Source: a virus
Reading direction: 5' to 3' (one strand)
DNA length: 64,000 nt
IMG/VR virus record: IMGVR_UViG_3300045988_039227
Coordinates: 1 to 64,000 of that record
How positions within the stretch are numbered: position 1 is the stretch's first letter; each line of letters starts with the position of its first letter. The position numbers and the translations under genes were made by a program. Positions 17,503 to 27,060 of the stretch are shown piece by piece. Under the pieces are notes generated by a model. The model did not search any database. It saw only the letters and a program-made list of their open reading frames with translations, and was not told the origin of the DNA.

Positions 17503-18489
17503 ATGTCAAAGAAGAATAAGAAGAACCAGAAAAAGGTTCAGGCTAAGATAGGAACTACACCAGCTAAGGCTGAGGCAGCTAAGAAGGAAGAGTCTAATGC
17601 TGCTAATAAGACAATAGAGAACATTCAGAAGCGTCGTGCTGCTGATGCAGAAAAGGCTAAGAAACATGCAGAACTCAAGGCAGCTAAGAAGAAGGCCAAG
17701 GCTGAGAAGGAAGAGGCTAAGTATGCTGCTTCCAAGGCTCGTATAGAGGCCCGTAAGGCACGCAAAAAGAGCATCATGGATAAATTGATCGACTCCAAGA
17801 AGACAAAGGCTTCAGAGCCTGTTAAAATCACTCTGGAGGACCGTTTGAAGAAGCAGGAGGAACGTCGTAAAGTTGCTCAGGCTCGTCATATCGCATCAAT
17901 TACCCGTCGGTGCAAGCGTATGCATCTCAATGATGCCGACACCAAGAAGGTTGTAGACATCGCAAAGAAACAGTGGGACAACGCTACTGTATACAATATA
18001 ACAGTTGTATGCGACTCTGTTCTGAAAAAGAAGAAAGAGCTTGAGAAGTTGGTAAAAGACTGCGGAATTAAGTCTGCATGTATTACTAACTCAACCGCAT
18101 TCTTTAAGGATGTGCCAGCAAGCGTAGTCGCAAAACTGCGTGACCTCGTAGGTAACGCTACATTCTATCAGTATCGTTCTGATAGCAAGTCTCCATTTGA
18201 GGAGGCTGGGATAGACGTTTCCACAGGTAACCATAACAAGCACAAGAAGGGAGGTGATCCTCATACTATTGAGTGCTCAAAGAACGCTAGTGTTAACTTC
18301 TATAACCTCCGTAAAGCTAAGAAGAAGGCTAAGGAGGATCTTGAGAAGAACACTTACAATTTCCGTCACGGCTCTAAGGCCGAAGGACGTAAGCTTCGTC
18401 GTGGGCTCAAAGTTAAGGCTAAAGCCGTAAACAAGAAGCCTACACAGGTTAAAGAAATTAAACAAAAGTCAGTTAAACAAGCAGCTTAA
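17503..18489 (+). CDS. basic Lys/Ala/Glu-rich (histone H1-like composition) protein, 328 aa
   Basis: The N-terminal 100 aa are KKNKKNQKKVQAK...AKKKAKAEKEEAKYAASKARIEARKARKK. Has the leader ATTAAATTATCAAAATT-ATG. Confidence 0.75.
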   Translation: MSKKNKKNQKKVQAKIGTTPAKAEAAKKEESNAANKTIENIQKRRAADAEKAKKHAELKAAKKKAKAEKEEAKYAASKARIEARKARKKSIMDKLIDSKKTKASEPVKITLEDRLKKQEERRKVAQARHIASITRRCKRMHLNDADTKKVVDIAKKQWDNATVYNITVVCDSVLKKKKELEKLVKDCGIKSACITNSTAFFKDVPASVVAKLRDLVGNATFYQYRSDSKSPFEEAGIDVSTGNHNKHKKGGDPHTIECSKNASVNFYNLRKAKKKAKEDLEKNTYNFRHGSKAEGRKLRRGLKVKAKAVNKKPTQVKEIKQKSVKQAA

Positions 18490-18506
18490 TCATAGGAGGC
18501 AACGTT

Positions 18507-19169
18507 ATGAATACCCAGAATAATCAATATTTGGACGATTATGTTGAAAAATATCGTGACATCAAAGAGAAGTGGCTTAAGGACTTTAATAAGTCTCACG
18601 GAACTACTTCTAAGTTCTGTAAAGAACGCAATATCCATGGTCTTTCCCGGAAGAAACCTTGGTTTATACTGCTAAAGCGTGATTCGATCAAAATTGAATC
18701 TAGCAGAAAGGTTACGAAGTTTAACCATACCGAGCTCATGGAATGGTATGTTCAACACAAGTTGCAGAAATGGGAGCGAAAGCACCCATGCCCGGTTAAG
18801 AAAGACGACTTGTTCTACGCGCAGCAGTTCCCAGTTTGGGAAGCAGAAAAGAATGCTGCAGAAGAACATATTAGAGACTTAGTTGTCGCTAAATATGACA
18901 AATTACAACTTGTTGGACGATTCCAGCATTCAGATGACAAGTTCTCTGAGCAGGAAGTTGCTCAGATAAAAGACAATGGCGAAACTACTAAGTATGGAGG
19001 TGTAAACAAACTTCCAGAAAGTAGTAAAGTCATCAAGATGGCTCGTAAGGAGACAAATAAGGTAAAAGCAAAGCGTGGTAATCTTGTTTGTACAAACCTT
19101 AAAGACCATCGCAAGAAGACGGGACGACTCCTGTTACCAGGCGCAAATAAGATGCGAATGGCAGCTTAA
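18507..19169 (+). CDS. hypothetical protein, 220 aa
   Basis: ORF track. Confidence 0.7.
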   Translation: MNTQNNQYLDDYVEKYRDIKEKWLKDFNKSHGTTSKFCKERNIHGLSRKKPWFILLKRDSIKIESSRKVTKFNHTELMEWYVQHKLQKWERKHPCPVKKDDLFYAQQFPVWEAEKNAAEEHIRDLVVAKYDKLQLVGRFQHSDDKFSEQEVAQIKDNGETTKYGGVNKLPESSKVIKMARKETNKVKAKRGNLVCTNLKDHRKKTGRLLLPGANKMRMAA

Positions 19170-19265
19170 GGCGTACCTTCTTCAAAACCGACCAGGATAC
19201 CACTGGTCACCCTAGTGTGCTCCGAAAGGATATGACTGCGAGGTGCAAACCCTCACTAGGGAACT

Positions 19266-21176
19266 ATGATAGTAAAGGAAAGACCAGTAGTTCTATATGA
19301 CATAGAAGTTTTTCCAAACTGTTTTCATTGTACTTGTAAAGATTCAGAGAGTCATAAACTATATAAATTCGAGATATCCTGTCGTAAAAATCAACTAGAA
19401 GAACTAGTTGACTTCTTCTACACCAACAGAACTGATCATATAATGTGCGGCTACAACAATAAGCATTATGATGACATAATCATAAGTTACATTATACATT
19501 TCTGCAGTAGAATGAAGCGACTAGGATACTCGAGAATTTGTAGTTCTCTCTATTATCTTAGTAAAGAAATAATAAGTTCGGAAAAAACAGGAAATATTGA
19601 TAAAATTAAAGTGTATAAGTATTCAAACTACTTCTACTCATTTGATCTTATGTTGATGCTCTATAGTGCCAAACAGCAGAAAAGCTTAAAAGAAATAGAA
19701 ATACTCTTACATATGCCAAATGTACAAGAGTATGAAGGAAGTTTTGATCTGCAGATCCAGGAATGTGATATTGACGCTATGATAGAGTATAACGTGAACG
19801 ACGTAGAAGCTACTGAAACTTTGCTTAACAAAGTAAAAGAAGATGTAGAACTACGTCTTGAAGTTGAAAAAGAATGGGGGTTTGATGCACTGTCGATGAG
19901 TGGTGTGCGATTTGGAGAAGAAGTGCTCTTGCGCAAAACTCTAGATATTGCCAAAACTACAAAAGATGAATTGAAAACACGTACTCGAAAAGTCGGGAAC
20001 ATTCGTCTAGGTGACATTATACTCCCATTTATACAATATTCTAATCCAAAGTTGAAAGAAGTCTTATTGGATGTAAAGAATGCTACTTGCAATGCAAGTA
20101 AGTCTGATAAGAAACAAGAAAACTATGAGAAGAAGTTTGTTCTCTCAAACATTTGCTACTCTATAGGTGAAGGTGGTATACACACCATCAATGAACCTAG
20201 AGTCTACAAACCTACAGATGAACAGTTTATAGGACACTCCGACGTTACGTCTATGTATCCTTCGTTAGCCATTATAAACCATTGGCTTCCGGTTCACTTA
20301 GGAGAAGATTTTTGGAATGTGTACAGTGCTCTATACGAGGAGCGCTTGGCTGCCAAACGTAATGGAGAGTTATTAAAGTCTAAGGCATTTAAACAGGCTC
20401 TTAATGCTCTTACAGGAAAGATGCAACAAGAAAGTAGCTGGGCTTATGATCCACTTAACGTGTATAAGATACGTATAAATGGGCAACTTATACTACTTAT
20501 GTTAGTGGATAGGCTTCTAGAATTGAATTGTAAGATTGTACAAGTCAATACAGATGGTGTCGTCTACATTGCAGATAAATCCAGCCGTAGCTCCATAATG
20601 GACGCTATTAAGGAAGTTGAGCAATTAACCCAGTTGACATTCGAGTCCGATGATTACGAGTCGTTTTATCAGTACGACGTGAACAATTACTTTGGTGTTC
20701 GCAAAGGATATTCCCAATCTGGAGATCCGAGACTGATAGAAAAGAAAGGCAGGTTTATCACAGAAATTGGTCTTAACAACAGCATGACACCGGTTGTTAT
20801 TTCCAAAGCTGTGATAAACTATTTTTTGAACAATGAACCGATAGACAAGTTTATTAAGAAGGATAGAGATATCCGTGATTTCTTAATGTCACAAAGCGTA
20901 AATAAGGAATCAAAAGTTGAATATGGCGGAAAACAGATTCAACGTATTAATAGATACTACGCGTCAAGCAGTGGATACTATCTTATAAGAATTAAGGACA
21001 AAATGTACGAAAGTCGTTCTGAAACAAAAATAACAGAATATGGAGTACGAATTCTTAATAAGATAGATGCCACACCAATAGATAAACGTCACCTGGATTA
21101 CCAGTACTACATTAGCAAAGCAAAAAAGATAGCTAGTGAGTTTGTTAACCGCCAGTTGACAATATTCGATGATTAA
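19266..21176 (+). CDS. polB: family B DNA polymerase (compact, 636 aa)
   Basis: Exo I-like YDIEVFPN; Exo-like YNVNDVEAT; motif A DVTSMYPSLAI (DxxSLYPS); motif B KQALNALTGK; motif C QVNTDGVVY. Confidence 0.88.
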   Translation: MIVKERPVVLYDIEVFPNCFHCTCKDSESHKLYKFEISCRKNQLEELVDFFYTNRTDHIMCGYNNKHYDDIIISYIIHFCSRMKRLGYSRICSSLYYLSKEIISSEKTGNIDKIKVYKYSNYFYSFDLMLMLYSAKQQKSLKEIEILLHMPNVQEYEGSFDLQIQECDIDAMIEYNVNDVEATETLLNKVKEDVELRLEVEKEWGFDALSMSGVRFGEEVLLRKTLDIAKTTKDELKTRTRKVGNIRLGDIILPFIQYSNPKLKEVLLDVKNATCNASKSDKKQENYEKKFVLSNICYSIGEGGIHTINEPRVYKPTDEQFIGHSDVTSMYPSLAIINHWLPVHLGEDFWNVYSALYEERLAAKRNGELLKSKAFKQALNALTGKMQQESSWAYDPLNVYKIRINGQLILLMLVDRLLELNCKIVQVNTDGVVYIADKSSRSSIMDAIKEVEQLTQLTFESDDYESFYQYDVNNYFGVRKGYSQSGDPRLIEKKGRFITEIGLNNSMTPVVISKAVINYFLNNEPIDKFIKKDRDIRDFLMSQSVNKESKVEYGGKQIQRINRYYASSSGYYLIRIKDKMYESRSETKITEYGVRILNKIDATPIDKRHLDYQYYISKAKKIASEFVNRQLTIFDD

Positions 21177-21197
21177 TCGTTTATCAACGTATATAAG

Positions 21198-21764
21198 ATG
21201 ATTATTGAACTAAACACAAAACTCCTGGATATTCCAGGACTAAATTCAAATCAATTAATATTCCTAAGTTTGGTATTGGATAAGAATCAAAAAACTTATA
21301 ATCAAGACGTCCGCAAAATTGTCAGCCTAGTTAGCGACGAAGAAATATCAAACTTAATTTCTCAGGGACTTATTACCTCGATCGAGAGAGGTAAGTCAAT
21401 TACATATCATGCAACAGACACGCTCAATAATATAGTTCGCCCAAAAAAGGACTATTTCGATCTGTTCTATGAAATGTACCCAATATACGTTCTACGACCA
21501 GATGGTACCAAAAACTATCTGAGAGCCAACGTTAACAAATGTAGACATTTATTTAATGTTTATGTAGGTCAAAGCGAAGCTATGGCTCAACATCTTATTC
21601 AGTGTCTTGACTTCGAAATGAAGAAAAAGACTAACGAAGGTAAACTAAGTTATATGAAGACGATGTGGAGATGGCTCGTAGACCATCAATGGGAAGAATC
21701 TGAGGAAGAAATGCAAGACAACTCTAAAATTGAGGAATCGACTTATGGAACAGAACTTATCTAA
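21198..21764 (+). CDS. hypothetical protein (a replication-initiation or helicase-loader role is possible from position only), 188 aa
   Basis: ORF track. Sits between polB and the helicase. Confidence 0.6.
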   Translation: MIIELNTKLLDIPGLNSNQLIFLSLVLDKNQKTYNQDVRKIVSLVSDEEISNLISQGLITSIERGKSITYHATDTLNNIVRPKKDYFDLFYEMYPIYVLRPDGTKNYLRANVNKCRHLFNVYVGQSEAMAQHLIQCLDFEMKKKTNEGKLSYMKTMWRWLVDHQWEESEEEMQDNSKIEESTYGTELI

Positions 21765-22671
21765 TCTTATACGACCAATGTCAGTTGTAGCCCAAGAGGC
21801 TATAAACTATATATCTGGTCGAAGAGAACACTCTATAACTTCTCTTAAGACTAGATGGGCTAAGTTTAATAAGCAGTGTATGGGAGGTATTGAACCTAAT
21901 ACCGTTTATACCATAGCTGGTATTTCAGGAAGTGGAAAGAGCTCATTCGCTAATGAGATCTCAACTGATATTATTGATTTGAATCCTGGTGAAGAAATAG
22001 TGATTCTGATTTTCTCATTAGAGATGGTTGGATTTAGGCAAGTTGGAAGAACGCTTTCTAGTAAGCTTAGGAAAACGACTTCGACTTTGTATAGTTCGGA
22101 AACGGACCTGGATGACGATACCTTCAGAAAAGTCATCTCAGTATCCAATCAACTAAAGGAGTATCCTATATGGTTTGTAGATAATCCTACAACTCCCAAG
22201 GAAGCAGAAGACATTATTAAGTATTTCTATAATACATATATAAAGGGTACCGATAAGCATTTTGTGATAATGTATGACCATGCTCTATTAACGAAGCCTA
22301 TAGGCAGCGTTATAGAAACCATGCAGGAACTCGAAAGAGTTTTCATAAGTGCTAAAAAGTATCCTATGACATCAGTGTTACAACTAGCACAGATGAATAG
22401 AAATATTGAATCACCAGAAAGAATAAATAATCCTTTGTCGCATTATCCTATGAGAAGCGACATTTCATCTGCTGATGCTTTATTTCAAGCTAGCGATTAT
22501 GTTATAGTTATTCATAGGCCTGAAATTCTTGGAATACAAGAATACGGCCCGAGCCATTTACCTACTCAGAATAAGGTGTATTTACACATCTTAAAGAATC
22601 GAGACGCGGGAAAGCCCTGCATACTTGAATTCCAGAATGACTTAGCATATAACAACTTGATAGAAAGTTAA
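21745..22671 (+). CDS. dnaB: DnaB-like replicative helicase (RecA-fold C-terminal domain)
   Basis: Walker A GISGSGKSSF; Walker B-like FVIMYDHALL; LQLAQMNR. The ORF track start 21730 is a TTG, so the first ATG at 21745 was chosen. Confidence 0.75.
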   Translation: MEQNLSNLIRPMSVVAQEAINYISGRREHSITSLKTRWAKFNKQCMGGIEPNTVYTIAGISGSGKSSFANEISTDIIDLNPGEEIVILIFSLEMVGFRQVGRTLSSKLRKTTSTLYSSETDLDDDTFRKVISVSNQLKEYPIWFVDNPTTPKEAEDIIKYFYNTYIKGTDKHFVIMYDHALLTKPIGSVIETMQELERVFISAKKYPMTSVLQLAQMNRNIESPERINNPLSHYPMRSDISSADALFQASDYVIVIHRPEILGIQEYGPSHLPTQNKVYLHILKNRDAGKPCILEFQNDLAYNNLIES

Positions 22672-22694
22672 GCAATTAAAATTTAGGCTGAATT

Positions 22695-23153
22695 ATGACA
22701 ACATACGATATTAAGTTTACTGACAACAACATTAAGAACACTAACAATGGTAACTTTTATTCTCAGATTCTCGATGATATTATTCTTTCTACTGTAAAGA
22801 AGAACAACTCTTATTTGTTTAACACAAAGAAGAAGGAGGAGGATGATTTGATTGATGCCATGTTCGACGAGTTGGATCATACTTATATCTACAAGCCTCT
22901 GAAGGGCAACGATTTGTTTGCAAAGGCTTGTGATATTCTTGCTAACTATGGCAAGAAGAAGAGTATCATGAAGGGTATTAAGCTCGGTAAGATTTACCGT
23001 CTTGAGAATGGTCTCCCTATCATTTTCTACAATGATGAGATTCAGATTGGTACCGACATTTATAGTTACTCTGATTTTAGTGATTACAACTTTATCTCTT
23101 CACTTAGTCCAGAGGTTAAGAAGACAATCATTAATATTAACATTAAGCTTTAA
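22695..23153 (+). CDS. hypothetical protein, 152 aa
   Basis: ORF track. Confidence 0.6.
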   Translation: MTTYDIKFTDNNIKNTNNGNFYSQILDDIILSTVKKNNSYLFNTKKKEEDDLIDAMFDELDHTYIYKPLKGNDLFAKACDILANYGKKKSIMKGIKLGKIYRLENGLPIIFYNDEIQIGTDIYSYSDFSDYNFISSLSPEVKKTIININIKL

Positions 23154-23178
23154 TTAAAACTTTTAGTATCATTGTATC

Positions 23179-23919
23179 ATGAGTTTAACATTACCTACTA
23201 GTAAAATTCCTGCAGTTTCTGAAAATCCTAGATATCTTATACTCTATGGTCTTCCAAAGGCTGGTAAGACATCCTGTCTTGCACAGCTGGATAATAACCT
23301 TATCATAGACCTTGAGGGAGGCTCTGTCTTCGTTGATGCGATGGCCATCCAGTGTCGTACGATCAATGATTTAGGAGAAGCGGCAAGTGCCATTCGTGCC
23401 AAGAATAAAGAAGTAGGTCATAATTTCTATAAGCATATCACTATCGACAATGCTACACGACTCGAAGATATTTGTATGAGCTATGCTTGTACACTTTATC
23501 GCCAAACTCCAATGGGTAAGAAATGGGACGGCACAGACGTAACGACTCTTCCTAATGGTGCTGGCTATAAGTATCTTAGAGATGCAGTAAAGAAGGTAGT
23601 TGATATGTTCCGAGATTTGTGTGACGAATTTATTCTTGTAGGTCACGTTAAAGACACTGTAACTGAAAAGGACGGTGTTGAAGTTTCTGCAAAAGAACTA
23701 GACTTGGTTGGCAAACTGAGTAAAATCGTGTGTGGATTAGCCGATGCGGTTGGTTATGTATATCGCAAAGGAAATGAAACACATATATCCTTTAAGGGTG
23801 GTACATCTGATACCATTATGGAGGCTCGTGCAAGACACATAGCTGGAAAGGATATCGTTATTGCAGAAGGTAATGAAGATGGGACACTTACAACACATTG
23901 GGATAGAATATTTAAGTAA
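23179..23919 (+). CDS. AAA_24 / Sak4-like RecA-fold ATPase, 246 aa
   Basis: Has the P-loop LILYGLPKAGKTS at the N-terminus. Size and position match phage Sak4-type recombination ATPases. Confidence 0.65.
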   Translation: MSLTLPTSKIPAVSENPRYLILYGLPKAGKTSCLAQLDNNLIIDLEGGSVFVDAMAIQCRTINDLGEAASAIRAKNKEVGHNFYKHITIDNATRLEDICMSYACTLYRQTPMGKKWDGTDVTTLPNGAGYKYLRDAVKKVVDMFRDLCDEFILVGHVKDTVTEKDGVEVSAKELDLVGKLSKIVCGLADAVGYVYRKGNETHISFKGGTSDTIMEARARHIAGKDIVIAEGNEDGTLTTHWDRIFK

Positions 23920-24009
23920 ATTGATATATCGGTTTGTTCGATCAACAGCATATTATGCTGAGAACAAACTAGATATGTTAGCATTACGTATATTAAAATA
24001 ATAGAGATT

Positions 24010-24615
24010 ATGTTTAGTACAAAGACAGCCACAACTAGCAACGAAGAATTTAGTAATAGTAGTTATATGCCAGTAGGCATTAACCAGAATATCACTCTTA
24101 AAGAGGTAAACTGTAACAAGTCTCCTCAGGGTCTCGATTTTCTCGAGATTGTATTTGAGAATGAGAATGGTCAGACAGCTACTATGACTGAGTGGAAGAA
24201 TACAAAGGGAATGTATATTAAGACAGACGAAGACTTGCAGAAGCGTGATAACGCTCAGTTTGGACGAGTTTGTCAGATTCTTGATTGTTTCTATCCACAA
24301 CGACCAGATGCAGAGCTTTCTACATTTAAGGAGATGATCGACTGGACAAAGCAGATGCTTGACCCTATGATCGCTACCAAGAAGAAGCTCCGTTTGAAGG
24401 TTATTTACGATAAGAAGGGTTATACTCAAGTAAGTAAGCTCGGAATTTTCGTTGAAGACATGTCTAATACAGATTCGCAGATTAAGCTCTTTAAGAACGA
24501 TCTTATGGAGCGACCAGTTGTTGCCGACAAGGAGAACAACGATCCGCTTAACGTGCCACCAACAGTTACTCCGGAGACTGCGGATGCAGCAGGCGCATCT
24601 GATCTTCCCTTTTAA
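24010..24615 (+). CDS. ssb: single-stranded DNA-binding protein candidate, 201 aa
   Basis: Has an acidic C-terminal tip, ...ETADAAGASDLPF, comparable to the bacterial SSB tip DDDIPF. Sits in the replication block. Confidence 0.55.
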   Translation: MFSTKTATTSNEEFSNSSYMPVGINQNITLKEVNCNKSPQGLDFLEIVFENENGQTATMTEWKNTKGMYIKTDEDLQKRDNAQFGRVCQILDCFYPQRPDAELSTFKEMIDWTKQMLDPMIATKKKLRLKVIYDKKGYTQVSKLGIFVEDMSNTDSQIKLFKNDLMERPVVADKENNDPLNVPPTVTPETADAAGASDLPF

Positions 24616-25181
24616 GGGGTTTACGCCTGAAGAAATAGAAATACTGCTTGATTGTATGAAATCCGGTAAATGGTTCTTGTACCGTTTACATAGCAGGAGT
24701 GTCAAACTATACAGCAAGTGGATACACCCAGGGGGATAATACCGCCATGAAAGGGTGTTGGTGGAGCTAGGTAATTCAGTTACCCTATGGAGGTGAAATG
24801 CCTCCAATAAGGCTCGCAGGGTGTCGTGAGACACAAGCATGGACGAATGCGAAAACTACTCTAAAATGACGTTTTTAATCAGTGTATTATTTTCATTCTA
24901 AGTTTGTTATATAGACAACAGTCCAGTAGGGTTCGAATCCCTACAGAGCCACAACATTTCTGATGATAAGAAGAGTTACAACTTGCGAAAGTAATAGCTC
25001 TGTCCGCCTGTGAAGGCCGATATTATCTATGATGCACAGCTTACCTGGCATCAGATTTCATACGCGCGTACGCTACGTAAGTGCGGGTTTGAATAACCTA
25101 AAGTCCGAGCTTAGCATCTCCGTAAACTGCTATACGTCCGTCAACGTAGACCCGAGCATGTCATTAAACTGCTCATTTTTA
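24616..25181 (+). ncRNA. ORF-free structured island upstream of the tRNA-like genes (candidate ncRNA)
   Basis: Hairpins include GGAGG-TGAAATG-CCTCC, GTGTC-GTGA-GACAC (GNRA loop), GCAT-GGACGA-ATGC and the T-loop hairpin TAGGG-TTCGAAT-CCCTA (24927-24943). GGCTC (24809-24813) can pair with GAGCC (24946-24950). The palindrome TACGCGCGTA and the hairpin TACGT-CCGTCA-ACGTA are also present. Confidence 0.35.
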
Positions 25182-25285
25182 GGGAAGTTAGTCTAATGGT
25201 AAAACAAGGGCATTGATAGATTGGAATGTGTGCAAGCTTAAAAGAAACACTACCCTGCTTATCGGTTCGAATCCGATACTTTCCA
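25182..25285 (+). tRNA. aberrant tRNA-like gene, 104 nt, with a roughly 35-42 nt insertion in the anticodon region
   Basis: Good acceptor GGGAAGT/ACTTTCC; U8 A9; D arm GTCT-AATGGTA-AAAC; perfect T arm ATCGG-TTCGAAT-CCGAT. I found no 5-bp/7-nt anticodon arm, so isotype and anticodon cannot be assigned. Confidence 0.45.
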
Positions 25286-25300
25286 CTCGTTTTTATATTT

Positions 25301-25381
25301 GGGGTATGTATGTGCGCACTGAGAACGGTGACCTTCTTACGGAAAAGAAGGCAGTACGGGTTCGACTCCCGTATACTCCAC
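25301..25381 (+). tRNA. aberrant tRNA-like gene with Gln-like acceptor start and an expanded anticodon-position loop
   Basis: With T25300, the 5' end reads TGGGGTA as in E. coli tRNA-Gln. Acceptor GGGGTAT/ATACTCC; T arm ACGGG-TTCGACT-CCCGT. The hairpin at the anticodon position is CCTTC-TTACGGAAAA-GAAGG (10-nt loop, or 8 or 6 nt with a longer stem). There is no CTA triplet, and the D arm is non-canonical. Confidence 0.45.
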
Positions 25382-25394
25382 TAACTTATAAGTT

Positions 25395-26366
25395 ATGTAT
25401 AGTACTAGAACAGCAATTACTATGTCCTTGAGAGACATCTTGGACAAGGTAAATGATTTAGACATCTATACGTATTGTTTAGGGCAATTTAAAGTTGGAA
25501 GGCTTATGAATAGTCCTTTAAGGTCTGGAGATAAAAATCCTTCATTTGGAATATTTCATTCCAAAACAGGAGGGTTACTATGGAAAGACCTTGGAACTGG
25601 AGAGTATGGAAATGCTTTAAAGTTCCTAAAAGAATATAAAGGTATAACGACTAGAGAAGAACTTGAACGAGAATTATTGAGAATTGTGCGCAGAATAAAT
25701 CCTAACACAACTGTAAGGACAAATACGTACGATAAACCGAAAGGAGATACCGATATCGGAATAGTTCGACAGCCGTTTACCAATGTAGACAAACAATACT
25801 GGAAACAGTTTGGAATACATATTGATACCTTAAAAAAGTTCAATGTGTTCAGCATTAAATACTTTCTTTGTAATAGTATCGTCAGAAGTATCTACAAAGA
25901 AAATAGTCCTATGTATGCATATAAAGTGTATGATAAGTTTAAGATTTATCGTCCACTTGCTTCCAAGTTTACTAAATGGCGTACCAATCTGACAAATCGG
26001 CACGTACAGGGATTATCCGAATTGCCTAAGGAAGGAGGCGACCTGCTCATAATAACAAAGTCATTAAAAGATGTCATGTGTTGCTACGAGATGGGTTTTA
26101 ATGCAATAGCTGCTGCTAGTGAAACTGTATTTATACCTGAAGACATACTCAAGTCTCTACGATCCAAATGGAAACATATAGTAATACTGTATGATAGAGA
26201 TCAAACCGGTATGCATAAGGCTAGACAATACAGCAAACAATACAAATTAGATGCTTTTTTCATTAATAAGAAATTTAAAGCCAAAGATCTATCAGATGCT
26301 GTTCGTGACAACGGATTTAGCACCATGAAAGACTGGTTAATAAAAACGTTACAGAAATATGATTGA
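25395..26366 (+). CDS. DNA primase (TOPRIM domain), about 315-323 aa
   Basis: TOPRIM-like LLIITKSLKDVMCCYEMGFNAIAAASE...HIVILYDRDQTGMHKA (E...DxD pattern). An alternative start is ATG 25422 (MSLRDILDK). Confidence 0.72.
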   Translation: MYSTRTAITMSLRDILDKVNDLDIYTYCLGQFKVGRLMNSPLRSGDKNPSFGIFHSKTGGLLWKDLGTGEYGNALKFLKEYKGITTREELERELLRIVRRINPNTTVRTNTYDKPKGDTDIGIVRQPFTNVDKQYWKQFGIHIDTLKKFNVFSIKYFLCNSIVRSIYKENSPMYAYKVYDKFKIYRPLASKFTKWRTNLTNRHVQGLSELPKEGGDLLIITKSLKDVMCCYEMGFNAIAAASETVFIPEDILKSLRSKWKHIVILYDRDQTGMHKARQYSKQYKLDAFFINKKFKAKDLSDAVRDNGFSTMKDWLIKTLQKYD

Positions 26367-26673
26367 TGTAGTAATAGGATGCCTACTTGGTGTGCTGGGA
26401 GGTGCAGTAATGTCTCCTCTATTGCATAAATGGCTTACAAAAAAGCTGACTAAGAAAATTCACCTTGAAAAAGGTGGATTTATGCGTATTTGTCTTCCAA
26501 ATAAATTGCAGATGACTATCTGGGATAGTTATAGTGATGATGGATGTATATGCGCATGCGTCCACCATGGAGGTGAACAAAAAGTAACTGACGGCGAAAT
26601 TGTCTATTTTAATAGAACTTCTGTATCCAAGATAAGGGGAAAGAATTTTTATTATGATAGGCAAGAAATCTAA
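26359..26673 (+). CDS. hypothetical protein with N-terminal TM, 104 aa
   Basis: ORF track. Confidence 0.5.
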   Translation: MIDVVIGCLLGVLGGAVMSPLLHKWLTKKLTKKIHLEKGGFMRICLPNKLQMTIWDSYSDDGCICACVHHGGEQKVTDGEIVYFNRTSVSKIRGKNFYYDRQEI

Positions 26674-27040
26674 AGGCAGAGTACGGAATGCGACAAAAGT
26701 CGATAAGTATGGTCTCCATTTTAGGAGCAAACTCGAATGCTATACTTATGAAGCTTTTATGAAAGCTGGAATACCAGTTAAATATGAGCCAAAGCATTTC
26801 GTATTACTGGACAAATTCGAGTATTTAGGCGAAAAAATAAGACCTTTAACATATCTACCTGACTTCATAGGAAAAGGGTTTGTAGTAGAATGTAAAGGCC
26901 TTATGGGAGATTCATTCCCTCTTAGATGGAAATTGTTTAAGTATTATCTTAAGCGACATCGAAGTAAAATGAAGTGTTATCTCGTACGTAACCATAAACA
27001 GGTAGACGAGATGATAGAAGAGATAAAAACCAATATTTGA
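26654..27040 (+). CDS. PD-(D/E)XK nuclease (DUF1064/VRR-NUC-like; resolvase candidate), 128 aa
   Basis: Motif TYLPDF-x8-VVECKG fits the PD...(D/E)xK signature. Confidence 0.55.
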   Translation: MIGKKSKGRVRNATKVDKYGLHFRSKLECYTYEAFMKAGIPVKYEPKHFVLLDKFEYLGEKIRPLTYLPDFIGKGFVVECKGLMGDSFPLRWKLFKYYLKRHRSKMKCYLVRNHKQVDEMIEEIKTNI

Positions 27041-27060
27041 GTATTATAATATCAGTAAAT

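Noticed and set aside
23953-24840. A 295-aa ORF on the - strand, the longest - strand ORF in the + module.
   Set aside because: It is antisense to the SSB-like gene and the structured RNA island. Its composition is Leu/Ser/Cys/His-rich and unprotein-like. The sense ORF 24010..24615 has a recognisable acidic DLPF tip and fits the co-directional replication operon.
24855-24905. CTCTAAA and TTCTAAG heptamers that could be anticodon loops of an amber suppressor (CUA).
   Set aside because: Neither is flanked by a 5-bp anticodon stem. The first sits in a 14-nt loop of an AAAAC/GTTTT hairpin. No matching acceptor or D arm could be built around either.
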